Notes: a model not told the origin generated them from the sequence alone. 64,000 bases of DNA from an uncultured bacterium (GCA_963777505.1 CAVZQN010000004.1:1376001-1440000), one strand, 5' to 3'. Shown: positions 40,496 through 51,434, numbered from the stretch's first letter. Numbers and translations: made by a program.

Positions 40496-43474
40496 TCAGT
40501 TTACAAGAATATGACCGAAGGTACCGGTTGTATTCCTTACTGCAAATCCAACGGTTCCGTTTGGAACTGAAGTAGTCGCGGGCATTGTGATTAATGTCTG
40601 CCCATCAACTTTCACTACGAAGTTCGTACCATCGAAACTCAGATCTACGCTGTAACTGATATTTGGTTGAATAACAGCAAGCCCTTTGGATTTGCTGACG
40701 ACCTTGCCGTTGACTCTGTGTCTCAAAAGCCATTTGTCGTTTTCTTCCTTCATCATTAACTCGATTGTGTTCTTCTTATCGATAAACCATGCAAACAGTG
40801 AGACGCGATTGCGTACTCCACCCAACGTACTCATCGTTGTATTGATGCTGCAATTTGTACAGCCGCTGAAAACGGGGTTTGCAACTGCAATCGCTTTACG
40901 TTTCGCTGGCGTACCTTGTAGTGAACCATTGGATTCAAACCAGCTTGGCTTTATATAGGTCCAATTCGTTGCAGTTACGCCATCTTCAAAATCGTCACAA
41001 AACATACAAGTTTCCGAGATTGTGATCGTGCCCTGAATGTCATCGATTGTCGCGCCATTCGGGTCGCTTAAACTTACAAGAATTGTTTCATTTTCTTCAA
41101 ACAAATCGTCATCCGCGAGAATTTGAATTGTAATCGTTGCGGAGGTATCGCCTGCTGGAATTGTTACTGAACCACTGTCTCCTGTGTAATCGGAATCTTC
41201 TGTTGCTGTTCCTTCGGCTGTTGCAAAATTAACTGTTACATCGGAACCTGACTCTGCGGACAATGTGATTGTTAAGGTCGCATTCACGGATCCATTCAAA
41301 GGTTCAATAACGCTGGTGTCACCAATGGAGACCGTAACGTCCGGAATCACCTGGTCAACAGTTATATTCACAGTGGCTGTATCCGAACCGCCATTTCCAT
41401 CCTCAATCGTGTACGTGAAACTGTCATCGCCAAAGAATCCTGTATTCGGCGAATAAGTAACGGTTCCATCATTATTGTTCGTTGCTGTTCCGTTGCTTGC
41501 GCTGCCTACGTTTGTGACAGTTAAAGTATCATCATCAACATCACTGTCATTATCCAGAACATTCACATTGACATCTGTATCCTGATCTGTTGTCGCCGAA
41601 TCATCAGTTGCCACTGGATCATCATTTACGGCGTCTACTGTGATGGTTACTGTCACAACTTGACTGTCATCGTTATCATCATTGGCTTTGTAAGTGAAAC
41701 TGTCGTTGCCGTTGAAGTCTGATGACGGTGTGTATTCGAACGAACCATCGTCATTCAAGGTAAGGTCGCCATTTGATGTGCTACTTACCAGGACCGCCGT
41801 TAATGAGTCACTCTCAACATCAGAATCGTTCGAAAGAACGCCATTACCTTCAGGAACGTTTAAGGTTTCATCTTCATTTACATTGTAAGAATCGTCTACT
41901 GCTTCGGGTACATCATTGACCGGATCTACTGTAATTGTAACCGTCGCGATTCCGCTATCTACGCTGCCATCATTGGCCTGGTACGTAAAGCTGTCGCTAC
42001 CATTGAAATCTTCATCCGGTGTGTAACCAAATGAACCGTCTGCATTCAGCGTGAGAGTTCCATTTGAAACATCGCTGACCAAAACTGCTGTTAAGCCGTT
42101 TCCGTCAACGTCACTATCGTTGCCAAGAACACCGTTTGCAGAAACATTTAAGGTTTCATCTTCATCGACATTGTAGGAATCATTGGCTGCTGCAGGAGCA
42201 TCATTAACGGCATCGACATTAATCGCTACTGTTGCAACGCCACTGTTTTCAGAGCCATCGTTTGCCTGATATGTAAAACCATCGCTTCCAGTGAAGTTAG
42301 AACTCGGCGTGTAAGTAAAAGAACCGTCTGGGTTCAGCGTGAGAGTTCCATTCGAAACATTGTTTACTAGATTAGCTGTTAAGGCATCGCCATCGACATC
42401 GCTGTCGTTATCAAGCACGCCGTCTGCTGAAATAGATAATGTTGCATCTTCATTCACATTGTATGAATCAGTTGTTGCACCAGGAGCATCATTTACTGGA
42501 TCAACTGTGATGTTTATGGTTGCGACATTAGAATCATCCTGACCATCGTTTGCTTTGAATGTGAAAGAATCAGAACCCGTGAAGTCCTGATTTGGAGTAT
42601 ATGTAAGGCTTGGTTCTGTTCCTGTCAATGTTCCATTGGAAGGGCCATCGACAACGCTATATGAAAGTGAATCGTTTTCAACATCAGAACCGCTTAAAGT
42701 AATTGCCAGATCGGTATCTTCATCTGTCGTGACGTTTTGACCGTTAGCTGTAGGCGCATCGTTTACTGGATCGACTGTGATGCTTATAGTTGCAATATTT
42801 GAATCAGACACACCATCGTTTGCCTCGAACGTGAAGGAATCAGGGCCTGAATAATTCTGATCTGGAGTGTATATAAGGTTTGGTTCTGTTCCAGACAATG
42901 TTCCGTTTGAAGGACCATTAAGAACGTTGAATGAGAGTGGATCGTTTTCCGGATCCGACGCGGTTAAAGTAATTGCCAAATCGGTATCTTCATCTGTTGT
43001 GACGTTTTGATTGTCAGCCGAAGGCGCGTCATTCGCATCAACAGTCGTTGATATGGACGACGAATTATTTCCAGGATTCGGATCGGATGCATGCGGATGT
43101 GACGATGTAATCGCAAGAACACTGCTAACTGAACCAGTTGCCGCGGCGTTAACATTAACAGTAACGTCAAACGCCTCAGATCCTACGGACATATTTCCGA
43201 TGTCACAGGTGACGGTTCCTGCATTCGAACTACAACCTGAACCGGAAACAAATGTAAGGCCGCTGCCCAATGCAATCGTAACTGAAACATTTTTTGCTCC
43301 GTCCGGTCCGAAATTATTTGCAGTGATGCTATATGTGATATTACTGCCGGCATTCACTGGATCCGGTGAGTCGACTCCCGATATTGATAAATCAGCAACA
43401 TCGACAGGTGCAGCAAGCGCTATATGGGCGCTTGCGATAAACAAAGCTAACAGAATAAGAATCGAACGATACAT
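40496..43474 (-). CDS. Large secreted Ig/cadherin-repeat surface protein (DUF11 + six tandem Big_9/tandem-95 repeats + Calx-beta + conserved C-terminal domain)
   Basis: Signal peptide; ADLSISGVDSPDPV..NNS (DUF11); six ND(A/V/D)P-initiated repeats; VSIGDTSVIE..GTATEDSDY (Calx-beta). Confidence 0.9.
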   Translation of the reverse strand: MYRSILILLALFIASAHIALAAPVDVADLSISGVDSPDPVNAGSNITYSITANNFGPDGAKNVSVTIALGSGLTFVSGSGCSSNAGTVTCDIGNMSVGSEAFDVTVNVNAAATGSVSSVLAITSSHPHASDPNPGNNSSSISTTVDANDAPSADNQNVTTDEDTDLAITLTASDPENDPLSFNVLNGPSNGTLSGTEPNLIYTPDQNYSGPDSFTFEANDGVSDSNIATISITVDPVNDAPTANGQNVTTDEDTDLAITLSGSDVENDSLSYSVVDGPSNGTLTGTEPSLTYTPNQDFTGSDSFTFKANDGQDDSNVATINITVDPVNDAPGATTDSYNVNEDATLSISADGVLDNDSDVDGDALTANLVNNVSNGTLTLNPDGSFTYTPSSNFTGSDGFTYQANDGSENSGVATVAINVDAVNDAPAAANDSYNVDEDETLNVSANGVLGNDSDVDGNGLTAVLVSDVSNGTLTLNADGSFGYTPDEDFNGSDSFTYQANDGSVDSGIATVTITVDPVNDVPEAVDDSYNVNEDETLNVPEGNGVLSNDSDVESDSLTAVLVSSTSNGDLTLNDDGSFEYTPSSDFNGNDSFTYKANDDNDDSQVVTVTITVDAVNDDPVATDDSATTDQDTDVNVNVLDNDSDVDDDTLTVTNVGSASNGTATNNNDGTVTYSPNTGFFGDDSFTYTIEDGNGGSDTATVNITVDQVIPDVTVSIGDTSVIEPLNGSVNATLTITLSAESGSDVTVNFATAEGTATEDSDYTGDSGSVTIPAGDTSATITIQILADDDLFEENETILVSLSDPNGATIDDIQGTITISETCMFCDDFEDGVTATNWTYIKPSWFESNGSLQGTPAKRKAIAVANPVFSGCTNCSINTTMSTLGGVRNRVSLFAWFIDKKNTIELMMKEENDKWLLRHRVNGKVVSKSKGLAVIQPNISYSVDLSFDGTNFVVKVDGQTLITMPATTSVPNGTVGFAVRNTTGTFGHILVN

Positions 43475-43597
43475 TTGAGTCCCCCTGACAATCTCTATTA
43501 CTTTTTTGCAGAGTTCATGCTGGACTCAATGATCCAGAGTGTCCCCCTCTGCGGAACAGAATGCGCCTATTACGCTCTTCCGAACTACTTTGCCTTG

Positions 43598-43613
43598 AGC
43601 AAGCTGTATGCCA
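43598..43613 (-). promoter_or_regulatory. Sigma-54 (-24/-12) promoter of the adhesin gene
   Basis: Minus strand TGGCATACAGCTTGCT has GG-N10-GC spacing, about 125 bp upstream of the ATG. Confidence 0.7.
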
Positions 43614-43767
43614 TTGTGGTCACCGTCGAGGTTGCGATTCACCCATTGGCTAAGAACCGGTCGGTCATCGATTGCAATCGGTTGAAAACAAATAACTTAC
43701 AGCGTCGACCCGATGGGACTGGGGATCTGTATGATTTTTGAGCAATGTGAATTAAAAGTCGAGAGTT

Positions 43768-45229
43768 TTAATCCATCTGGTAATTCGGGGATTCTTTGGT
43801 GATGATCACGTCATGGACGTGACTTTCTTTCAAGCTAGCGCTTGTGATGCGCATGAACCTTGCATTCTTGCGCATGTCATCAAGAGTGTGGCAGCCGCAA
43901 TAGCCCATTCCTGCACGCAGTCCACCGATGAGCTGATACACGATATTTGAAATAGAACCACGGTACGGAACGCGGCCTTCAATTCCTTCGGGAACCATCT
44001 TCATGGCATCATCTGTTGTCTGGCGATAGCGTTCTTTACTTCCGCGTTTCATGGCTTCGATCGATCCCATACCGCGATACATTTTGTAACTTCGACCTTG
44101 ATACAGGATTTGTTCGCCTGGTGCTTCGTCAGTTCCCGCAAACAGAGATCCGATCATTACGGAGCTCGCTCCCGCAGCAATTGCTTTCGCAACATCTCCT
44201 GAATATTTGATTCCACCATCCGCAATCAATGGAACTCCGTATTCGCGGCTTATGCGATAGCAGGAATCGATTGCTGTAATTTGAGGAACACCAGCACCTG
44301 TAACGACTCGAGTCGTACAAATAGAACCAGGACCCATTCCAACTTTGATTCCATCCACACCGCGCGTTATTAAAGCAGTTGCACCTTCTTCTGTTGCGAT
44401 ATTTCCTGCGACAAGATCAACCTGCGGAAACTTCTGCTTTATAAACGTGATCCCTTCCATGACTTTCTTGGAGTGACCATGTGCAGTATCAATCACCAAC
44501 ACATCTATTTGTGCATTGACAAGTGCTTGTGCGCGCTCTTCCATGTCATCGGAAGGACCAATTGCTGCGCCAACACGCAAACGCCCCATCGCGTCTTTGC
44601 ACGCGCTTGGAAATTCAATTGTCTTCTTGATGTCTTTAACAGTAATGAGACCTTTGAGCCGATACTCTTCATCCACGACCAGAAGTTTTTCAATTTTATG
44701 TTTGTGAAGAATTCGCTTTGCTTCATCCATGCTAATACCGACAGGCACAGTGATCAAACTTTCACGCGTCATGACCTGTGAGATTTTCTGATTGAAATTG
44801 CTTTCGAATCTCAAATCGCGATTTGTAAGAATTCCAACAAGCTTGCCATTGTGAGTGATTGGGACACCCGATATTTTGTATTTTTGCATAACGGCGAGAG
44901 CTTCGCTGATTGATTGATCGGGTGACATCGTAATCGGGTTTACAATCATTCCCGATTCAGACCTTTTTACTTTATCGACTTCATCTGCCTGATCGGTGAT
45001 CGACATATTCTTATGAATGATACCGATCCCGCCTTGTTGAGCCAGAGCGATTGCCATTCCGGATTCAGTAACAGTATCCATTGCAGCGCTTGTGATTGGA
45101 ACATTCAGTTGGATGTTTCGGCTGAACAAGGTGCGAACATCTGTTTCGGCTGGCAAAACATCAGACTCCGCCGGAACTAATAAGAACATCATCAAACGTT
45201 AATCCTTCTTCTAATGGTTTTTCGATCAT
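43768..45229 (-). CDS. guaB: IMP dehydrogenase with CBS domains, +1 frameshift at about 45185
   Basis: [29 protein letters not shown] and YRGMGS. The true N-terminus [15 protein letters not shown] lies one frame off from ATG 45229. Confidence 0.96.
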
Positions 45230-45254
45230 AACAACTCTTTTTTATCGCAGAGAC

Positions 45255-46367
45255 TCACGATTTTACTTCCTGTCCACATTTCAAGCAAAATTTTGCGCCA
45301 GGTGGCAATGCAGTTGAACACTTTGTGCAAGTTTGTGTCATAGATGTTCCGCATTTGCCGCAAAACTTTGCGTCCGGTGGAACTTGTGTTGTACATTTTG
45401 GACAAACAAGCCATGCCGCGATTTGCGCACCACAATTTGTGCAGAATTGAGCATCAGGCGCGAGTTGTGTTTTGCATTTATTACAAACTGGTCCAGTAAG
45501 AACAGGTTCCTGCGTTCCCTGTTGGCCAGCTTGCATCGATTGTGCAACCATTCCGGGCAGCATCATTCCTAAACCAGCGCCCATTCCCATACCCATACCT
45601 TGACCTGCGCCGCCACCTTCTTGTTTGGCAGCATCACCCACAGCCTGCGCCGCTTTATATTTCATATATTCATTCATGTTGCCCATAGCTGCCATGCCGC
45701 TTCGTTCATCGATAACCTTTTGAACTTCTTCAGGCGGAGTAATGGAATTGATGTAAAAATCTACAACTTCTAAACCATATTTTCCGAAATCTTCTTTAAT
45801 GCGCGTTTTCAACGCTACGCCAAGCTCATCATAATAACGAGGTAGATCCAGCAGTGTCTTCAGTGTTTCACCAAGGACATCAAACAATCGCGAAACGATT
45901 GAATCACGTAAAAAGCCTTCGATGTCGCCTGTCGTGTATCGTCCCTGAGTTCCAACAATTGTATTTACGAACAATTGTGGCTCGGTTACACGGATTGAAT
46001 AGACACCAAACGAACGCAAACGCACCATATTAAACTCAGTATCACGAAAAATTACCGCCTCTCGTGTTCCCCATTTCAGGTTAGTAAAAACCCGGCGGCT
46101 CACGAAATAAACTTCTGCTTTGAATGGTGAATCAAAACCAAATGGCCAACTCAATAGTTTTGTGAGGAATGGAAGATTCATCGTGGTTAAAGTGTGGCGG
46201 CCTGGGCCAAATGTATCGAGCGCTTTTCCATCTCGAAAAAATACTGCAGTCTGACTTTCATTAACGATCAATTGTGCGCCCATCTTAATTGAGTCAGAGG
46301 ACGAAAACCTGTAAACAAGTTCATCGCCGCCGCTATCTTCTTTCCATTGGATAACTTCAATCGCCAT
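45255..46367 (-). CDS. SPFH/band-7 domain protein (YdjI-like) with three C-terminal zinc ribbons
   Basis: GAQLIVNESQTAVF..GPGRHTL.T.NLP, KWGT; Gly/Met-rich linker; six CxxC motifs. Confidence 0.88.
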   Translation of the reverse strand: MAIEVIQWKEDSGGDELVYRFSSSDSIKMGAQLIVNESQTAVFFRDGKALDTFGPGRHTLTTMNLPFLTKLLSWPFGFDSPFKAEVYFVSRRVFTNLKWGTREAVIFRDTEFNMVRLRSFGVYSIRVTEPQLFVNTIVGTQGRYTTGDIEGFLRDSIVSRLFDVLGETLKTLLDLPRYYDELGVALKTRIKEDFGKYGLEVVDFYINSITPPEEVQKVIDERSGMAAMGNMNEYMKYKAAQAVGDAAKQEGGGAGQGMGMGMGAGLGMMLPGMVAQSMQAGQQGTQEPVLTGPVCNKCKTQLAPDAQFCTNCGAQIAAWLVCPKCTTQVPPDAKFCGKCGTSMTQTCTKCSTALPPGAKFCLKCGQEVKS

Positions 46368-46381
46368 CTCTTTATCTCCTT

Positions 46382-46852
46382 TTAACTTTCAAGCGAGAAT
46401 AAATGTTTACGATCATCCAGCTTTTGATCGATTGCTTGAATTTTGCTGTCCCATTCATGCGCGGCGTTTTGATCCTTCAAGCTTGTTTCCAGAGCTTCAA
46501 CATCGGATAACATCGAAAGATCAAGCTGATAAATTTGATCTAATTCGTTTTCCTGGATTTTTACCTGATCAAACAAGCCGGAATATCCGTAAGAAGCATG
46601 TCTGATTTGATTTGCTGATTTCATCATTTTTTGCGAAAGCCGATCGAGTTCTGCAAGTCCATCAAGTTTTCCTTGATTCACAAGAATGCGTTTCATTTCA
46701 TCCAGATTTCCGCGAGAGCGGTCGATTTTGTCAGCAAGATAGTCGCGAAAACGTTTATCAGTATCGCGGCGTGATTCTTTTTCGCGGTAACCCTTTAACC
46801 CAGGAATAGCATCAGCCAGTTTCTCCAAATAATTCTTTTCACTTTTTTCCAT
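46382..46852 (-). CDS. Conserved hypothetical helical protein co-oriented with the SPFH gene
   Basis: 156 aa; IPGLKGY..RRDTDK and ASYGYSGLFD motifs; 14 bp from the SPFH start. Confidence 0.75.
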   Translation of the reverse strand: MEKSEKNYLEKLADAIPGLKGYREKESRRDTDKRFRDYLADKIDRSRGNLDEMKRILVNQGKLDGLAELDRLSQKMMKSANQIRHASYGYSGLFDQVKIQENELDQIYQLDLSMLSDVEALETSLKDQNAAHEWDSKIQAIDQKLDDRKHLFSLES

Positions 46853-46875
46853 AGCACCCTCACTTTTTCTAACTT

Positions 46876-46948
46876 GTAGGGGCGGGTCTTGTGCCCGCCC
46901 GTAGAGTTAAGCTTAACGAACTCGGGCGACCACAAGGGTCGCCCCTAC
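46876..46948. repeat. GTAG-family REP doublet downstream of secA
   Basis: gtaggggcgggtcttgtgcccgccc ... gggcgaccacaagggtcgcccctac; first 13 bp identical to the 9984 element. Confidence 0.85.
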
Positions 46949-46952
46949 GAGA

Positions 46953-49481
46953 TTAATCGTTGATACCGCAGCAGCGTTTATATTTTTTTCCGGATCCGCA
47001 AGGGCATGGATCATTCCGGCCTACTTTTACTCCTTTACGTGCTGCAACCGCTACACCTTGTTCTAGCGATGGGCCTGAGAATTGCACTCTACGTGGAGCT
47101 CGTACTGGGCGTGGAGCCTCTTGCTCCTGAGGCGGCTGAGTTAAGAAAACATAACGGACGATATCATCTTCCATCCGGTTCATCATTTCTTCAAAGAGCT
47201 GGAATGATTCTTTTTTATACTCAACAAGCGGATCGCGCTGTCCGTATCCGCGAAATCCAATCCCTTCTTTCAAGTGGTCTAATGCATATAAATGATCTTT
47301 CCACTGTGTATCGATGACGTGCAACATCAGCATTCGTTCATGAAACGTCCAACGTTCATCACCGATTGCAGCTTTTTTATCAGTGTATTGTTGTTCAAGT
47401 TTTTGATACAGGAAGTCATGAATCTGTTCTTCATTTTCGAGCTGACGTAATCTTTCTTGATCTACGTCCATTCCGAATTGTCCATGTAAGTCGATCGCAA
47501 GATTTTGCATATCCCAATCACGAGGGTCACTTTTTTCTTGAATGCGTTGGCCGATCTGGTACTTCAAAATATCTTCCGAAAGTTCGAGTATGTATTCGGA
47601 ATGATTTGATTCTTCAAGAACTTTCCGGCGTAAGCCATAGATGGCTTCACGCTGCTTGTTCATAACATCATCGTATTCAAGCAAATGTTTGCGGATTTCA
47701 AAATTGCGTGTTTCAACTTGTTTTTGCGCATGCTCGATCGATCTCGTCACAAGCTTGTGTTCAATCGGGACACCTTCTTCCATTCCGAGGCGTTCCATAA
47801 CGCCTGAAATTCGATCGCTGCCAAAAATGCGCATCAAATCATCTTCGAGTGACAGATAAAATCGAGACGAACCAGGATCGCCTTGACGTCCTGCGCGGCC
47901 TCGAAGCTGATTATCGATCCGTCTTGCCTCGTGACGCTCTGTGCCGATAATGTGAAGTCCATCTGCTTGTGCTACTCCTTCACCAAGCACGATATCAGTT
48001 CCGCGGCCTGCCATATTTGTAGCAATTGTGACTGCGTTTGGTTGTCCGGCTTGAGCTACGATTTCAGCTTCCTTCTCATGATATTTTGCGTTCAATACAA
48101 CATGTTTTATGCCGGCACGTTTTAGCATCGTTGAAAGCCGTTCCGACTTTTCAATGCTCACAGTGCCTACGAGCGCCGGACGCTTTGACGATTGCAACTG
48201 TTTGATTTCTTCAACAACAGCCTCAAATTTTTCACGCTCAGTCCGATACACAACATCAGGATACGAAACCCGGATTAAATCCCTGTTGGTCGGAATCACC
48301 ATTACGTCAAGCTCATAAATTTTCCCGAATTCTACAGCTTCCGTATCTGCGGTACCTGTCATGCCGGCAAGCTTGTCGTACATTCTGAAGTAATTTTGGA
48401 GGGTGATGGTTGCAAGGGTTTGGTTTTCCGATTCAATCTTGACGCCTTCTTTTGCTTCCAGAGCTTGATGCAAGCCATCGCTATAACGACGACCCGGCAT
48501 CAGACGACCGGTGAATTCATCTACAATAATGACCTGCCCATCTTTAACGACATAATCATCATCAAGACCAAATAAAGCGTGTGCTTTCAATCCTTGATGA
48601 ATGTGATGAAGCCAATCCATATTGGACGGATCGTAAAGGTTGTCTATCCCAAGCATGCGCTCACTATGTGCAATCCCTTCTTCAGTCAAAGTTACAGAAT
48701 TTGCTTTTTCATCGATCGTGTAATCGGAATCTTTCTTAAGGCGTGGGATGATTCGATCGATTTTGTAATATTTATCCGTACTTTCTTCGGCTGGACCTGA
48801 AATAATAAGTGGTGTTCGGGCTTCATCAATCAGGATGCTATCGACTTCATCAACGATCGCATAATGATGAGCTGTTTGAACGTAATCGCCTAAATCAAAC
48901 TTCATGTTATCGCGCAAGTAGTCGAAGCCGAATTCGTTGTTTGTACCGTAGGCAATGTGACTGCGATATGCGACCTGCCGATCTTGCACGGATGAATCAT
49001 GTTGAATGATGCCGACTGAAAGTCCGAGTGCGTTGTAGATAGGTCCCATCCATTCGGAGTCGCGGCGTGCGAGATAATCATTCACAGTAACGATGTGGAC
49101 GCCCTTTCCGCTAAGCGCATTCAAATAGGCAGGCAATGTTGCAACAAGGGTTTTACCTTCACCGGTTGCCATTTCAGCAATTTTGCCTTCATGCAAAACC
49201 ATTCCGCCAATTAGTTGCACATCAAAATGGCGCATGTTCCGTACGCGTTTTGCAACCTCGCGGACGACTGCAAAAGCTTCAGGAAGAATATCGTCGAGCG
49301 TTGCGCCCTGGCTCAATTTCTGCTGAAACTCAGCAGTCTTTTGAGGAAAGTCATTCAGACTCAACTTCTGAACGCTTGCTTCAAATGAGCTAATCTTTTC
49401 GACCATGGGCCACAGTTTCTTGAGCTCGCGCTCATTCTTAGTGCCTACGATTTTGGTTAAGAAATACCCGAGTACTGTCAT
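46953..49481 (-). CDS. secA: Preprotein translocase ATPase SecA
   Basis: [46 protein letters not shown] and the SEC-C motif [18 protein letters not shown]. Confidence 0.98.
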   Translation of the reverse strand: MTVLGYFLTKIVGTKNERELKKLWPMVEKISSFEASVQKLSLNDFPQKTAEFQQKLSQGATLDDILPEAFAVVREVAKRVRNMRHFDVQLIGGMVLHEGKIAEMATGEGKTLVATLPAYLNALSGKGVHIVTVNDYLARRDSEWMGPIYNALGLSVGIIQHDSSVQDRQVAYRSHIAYGTNNEFGFDYLRDNMKFDLGDYVQTAHHYAIVDEVDSILIDEARTPLIISGPAEESTDKYYKIDRIIPRLKKDSDYTIDEKANSVTLTEEGIAHSERMLGIDNLYDPSNMDWLHHIHQGLKAHALFGLDDDYVVKDGQVIIVDEFTGRLMPGRRYSDGLHQALEAKEGVKIESENQTLATITLQNYFRMYDKLAGMTGTADTEAVEFGKIYELDVMVIPTNRDLIRVSYPDVVYRTEREKFEAVVEEIKQLQSSKRPALVGTVSIEKSERLSTMLKRAGIKHVVLNAKYHEKEAEIVAQAGQPNAVTIATNMAGRGTDIVLGEGVAQADGLHIIGTERHEARRIDNQLRGRAGRQGDPGSSRFYLSLEDDLMRIFGSDRISGVMERLGMEEGVPIEHKLVTRSIEHAQKQVETRNFEIRKHLLEYDDVMNKQREAIYGLRRKVLEESNHSEYILELSEDILKYQIGQRIQEKSDPRDWDMQNLAIDLHGQFGMDVDQERLRQLENEEQIHDFLYQKLEQQYTDKKAAIGDERWTFHERMLMLHVIDTQWKDHLYALDHLKEGIGFRGYGQRDPLVEYKKESFQLFEEMMNRMEDDIVRYVFLTQPPQEQEAPRPVRAPRRVQFSGPSLEQGVAVAARKGVKVGRNDPCPCGSGKKYKRCCGIND

Positions 49482-49626
49482 CGTTTTATAGTGAAAGTAT
49501 AAGGATGGAAGTGCAGCGCTATCAAATCATTTCGCTGAGGGTTAAATCTAACAGGATCATCTCCTGTCGTCAACTTTTGAACTCAACCGCAAAGACGCTA
49601 AGTTCAGGTATACTCTTCTCATAAAG

Positions 49627-49962
49627 ATGGGGATTCTGATCAACGTTTTCGGCGTGATCTTGATTCTACTCGGGTTGATCTTCCTGATCGGGTTTCAAGG
49701 CCAGATCGGAAGATTGGTCATCGGAATTCTGCTTGTTGGTGGCGGTGTTTTGCTCCTAGCAGCATCACGGTTGCGCCCACGTCAGACAACTTTCGTTCAA
49801 CAATTGCACTTTACAGGTGATATCACTCCACAGGAACTCAAGTGCAAAAACTGTGGATCCACTCTCTCAAACAAATCCGTAGCCGTACGAGCTGGAGCCG
49901 TTTTCATTTCCTGTGAATCTTGCGGTACGCAGTACCAATTAGAGGAAGCGCCGAAATGGTAA
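49627..49962 (+). CDS. Small membrane protein with two TM helices and a C-terminal zinc ribbon
   Basis: Two hydrophobic helices, then CKNCG..CESCG, ending EEAPKW; stop overlaps the radical SAM start. Confidence 0.8.
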   Translation: MGILINVFGVILILLGLIFLIGFQGQIGRLVIGILLVGGGVLLLAASRLRPRQTTFVQQLHFTGDITPQELKCKNCGSTLSNKSVAVRAGAVFISCESCGTQYQLEEAPKW

Positions 49963-51434
49963 ACATCAGTTCATTGTTTCAAATCTTTAAGCCGGAGAAC
50001 GTCCTTCCCGATCCGGATTTATATACATACCACCTGACTGATTCCCGTGGGTATTTTCGGAGAGTTCATTTGCGAATTGAACCTGACAGACAAGGTGTTC
50101 TTTTTGTGGATGTGACTGATGTGATTCATCTCAATCCTACGGCGACTCAAATTGCATGGTTTGCACTTCAGAAGAAATCGGAAAAGGACACGATTCGCTA
50201 TTACCGGAAAAATTTTCGCGGCGAGTCAAAGCAGATCCAGAACGACATTCAAAGCATTTACAAGATGATTGATCACTTAGTGAGCGCTGATGGATGTCCT
50301 ACATGCGGACTCGATTTTATGGAACGGCGTCCACTGTTTTCAACACGCGCTCGTGCTCCATATAAAGCTGATGTTGCTTTAACGTATGGTTGTAACAACG
50401 CATGCAATCATTGCTATAACGCTCCGTCGCATTTAGGAATGGCCTCTCTGCAGGTTGAAGATTGGAAAAAAGTATTGATGCTGCTCAAGAAGAAAGGAGT
50501 GCCGCACATCATATTCACCGGCGGTGAAGCAACACTTCATCCAGATCTTCCTGAATTAGTAGAGTATGCGGACAAACTGGGTCAAATTACGGGTCTAAAT
50601 TCAAATGGGCGCCGCTTCTCCCAACCATCGTTTGTCGAAACCTTGCGCAAGGCCGGCCTCAATCATGTTCAGGTCACGCTCTCTTCAAGCCGTGCGCGAA
50701 TTCACGATCAAATCAATGGCGTCTCCGCATTTTCACAAACAGTAAAAGGAATCGAAAATTGTCTTTCCGGCGGTTTGCATGCAATAACAAATACAACTCT
50801 TATGAAATCAAACCGCGATCATGCGGAAGAGATTATCCAGTTCATCCATCGGTTGGGAATTCGGACATTTGCGATGAATGGAATGATTTATTCCGGCGGA
50901 GGTTATTGTGATCCGGAGGCGATTCCAGAAGAAGAGTTGCCACCTTTATTGATTCGAGTTCGCGATACAGCTCAGGAACTGGGTATGAAATTCTTATGGT
51001 ATACGCCTACCGAATATTGCCGAATGAACCCAATCGAACTTGAGATTGGAGCAAAGCGATGCAACGCTGCCGAGTATTCAATTTGTATCGAACCCAATGG
51101 AGATGTTTTACCCTGTCAATCTTTTTATGTATCGGCTGGGAACATTTTGAATGATTCCTGGGAAAAAATCTGGAATGGTGATTTGTTTCGCAGTTTTCGT
51201 GATCGCGAATTGGACCCTCGCTGGGCTGGATTGCCAGAAAAGTGCTGGGAGTGTCCTGAATTAAGTATTTGCGGCGGAGGATGTCGTATTGAACGCGAGG
51301 CGCGCGACGGCGAAACAGTTCATCAAGAAGGATCCTGTTCAAGCGGCAAAACTCAGAATCCGAGCTTTATTCCTATTGAATCACTTCAGCATATTGGAAA
51401 ACGCGCCGCAGGCAGGGGAGCAGGAGTCCGATGA
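49956..51434 (+). CDS. Radical SAM/SPASM enzyme with N-terminal PqqD/RRE-like domain
   Basis: CNNACNHC, FTGGE, SPASM RCNAA..CIEPNGDVLPC and CWECPELSICGGGC; N-terminal HLRIEPD..HLNPTATQIAW; AGAGG RBS before ATG 49956. Confidence 0.92.
   Translation: MVNISSLFQIFKPENVLPDPDLYTYHLTDSRGYFRRVHLRIEPDRQGVLFVDVTDVIHLNPTATQIAWFALQKKSEKDTIRYYRKNFRGESKQIQNDIQSIYKMIDHLVSADGCPTCGLDFMERRPLFSTRARAPYKADVALTYGCNNACNHCYNAPSHLGMASLQVEDWKKVLMLLKKKGVPHIIFTGGEATLHPDLPELVEYADKLGQITGLNSNGRRFSQPSFVETLRKAGLNHVQVTLSSSRARIHDQINGVSAFSQTVKGIENCLSGGLHAITNTTLMKSNRDHAEEIIQFIHRLGIRTFAMNGMIYSGGGYCDPEAIPEEELPPLLIRVRDTAQELGMKFLWYTPTEYCRMNPIELEIGAKRCNAAEYSICIEPNGDVLPCQSFYVSAGNILNDSWEKIWNGDLFRSFRDRELDPRWAGLPEKCWECPELSICGGGCRIEREARDGETVHQEGSCSSGKTQNPSFIPIESLQHIGKRAAGRGAGVR

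Noticed and set aside
41350-43040. DNA direct repeats as a mobile element or diversity-generating retroelement
   Set aside because: They are in-frame tandem Ig-like domain duplications inside the adhesin; no reverse transcriptase or adenine-specific variation seen.
49482-49626. Short RiPP precursor gene upstream of the radical SAM operon
   Set aside because: The 145-bp divergent gap has no convincing RBS-led Cys-rich ORF; it holds promoter-like sequence and one short repeat.
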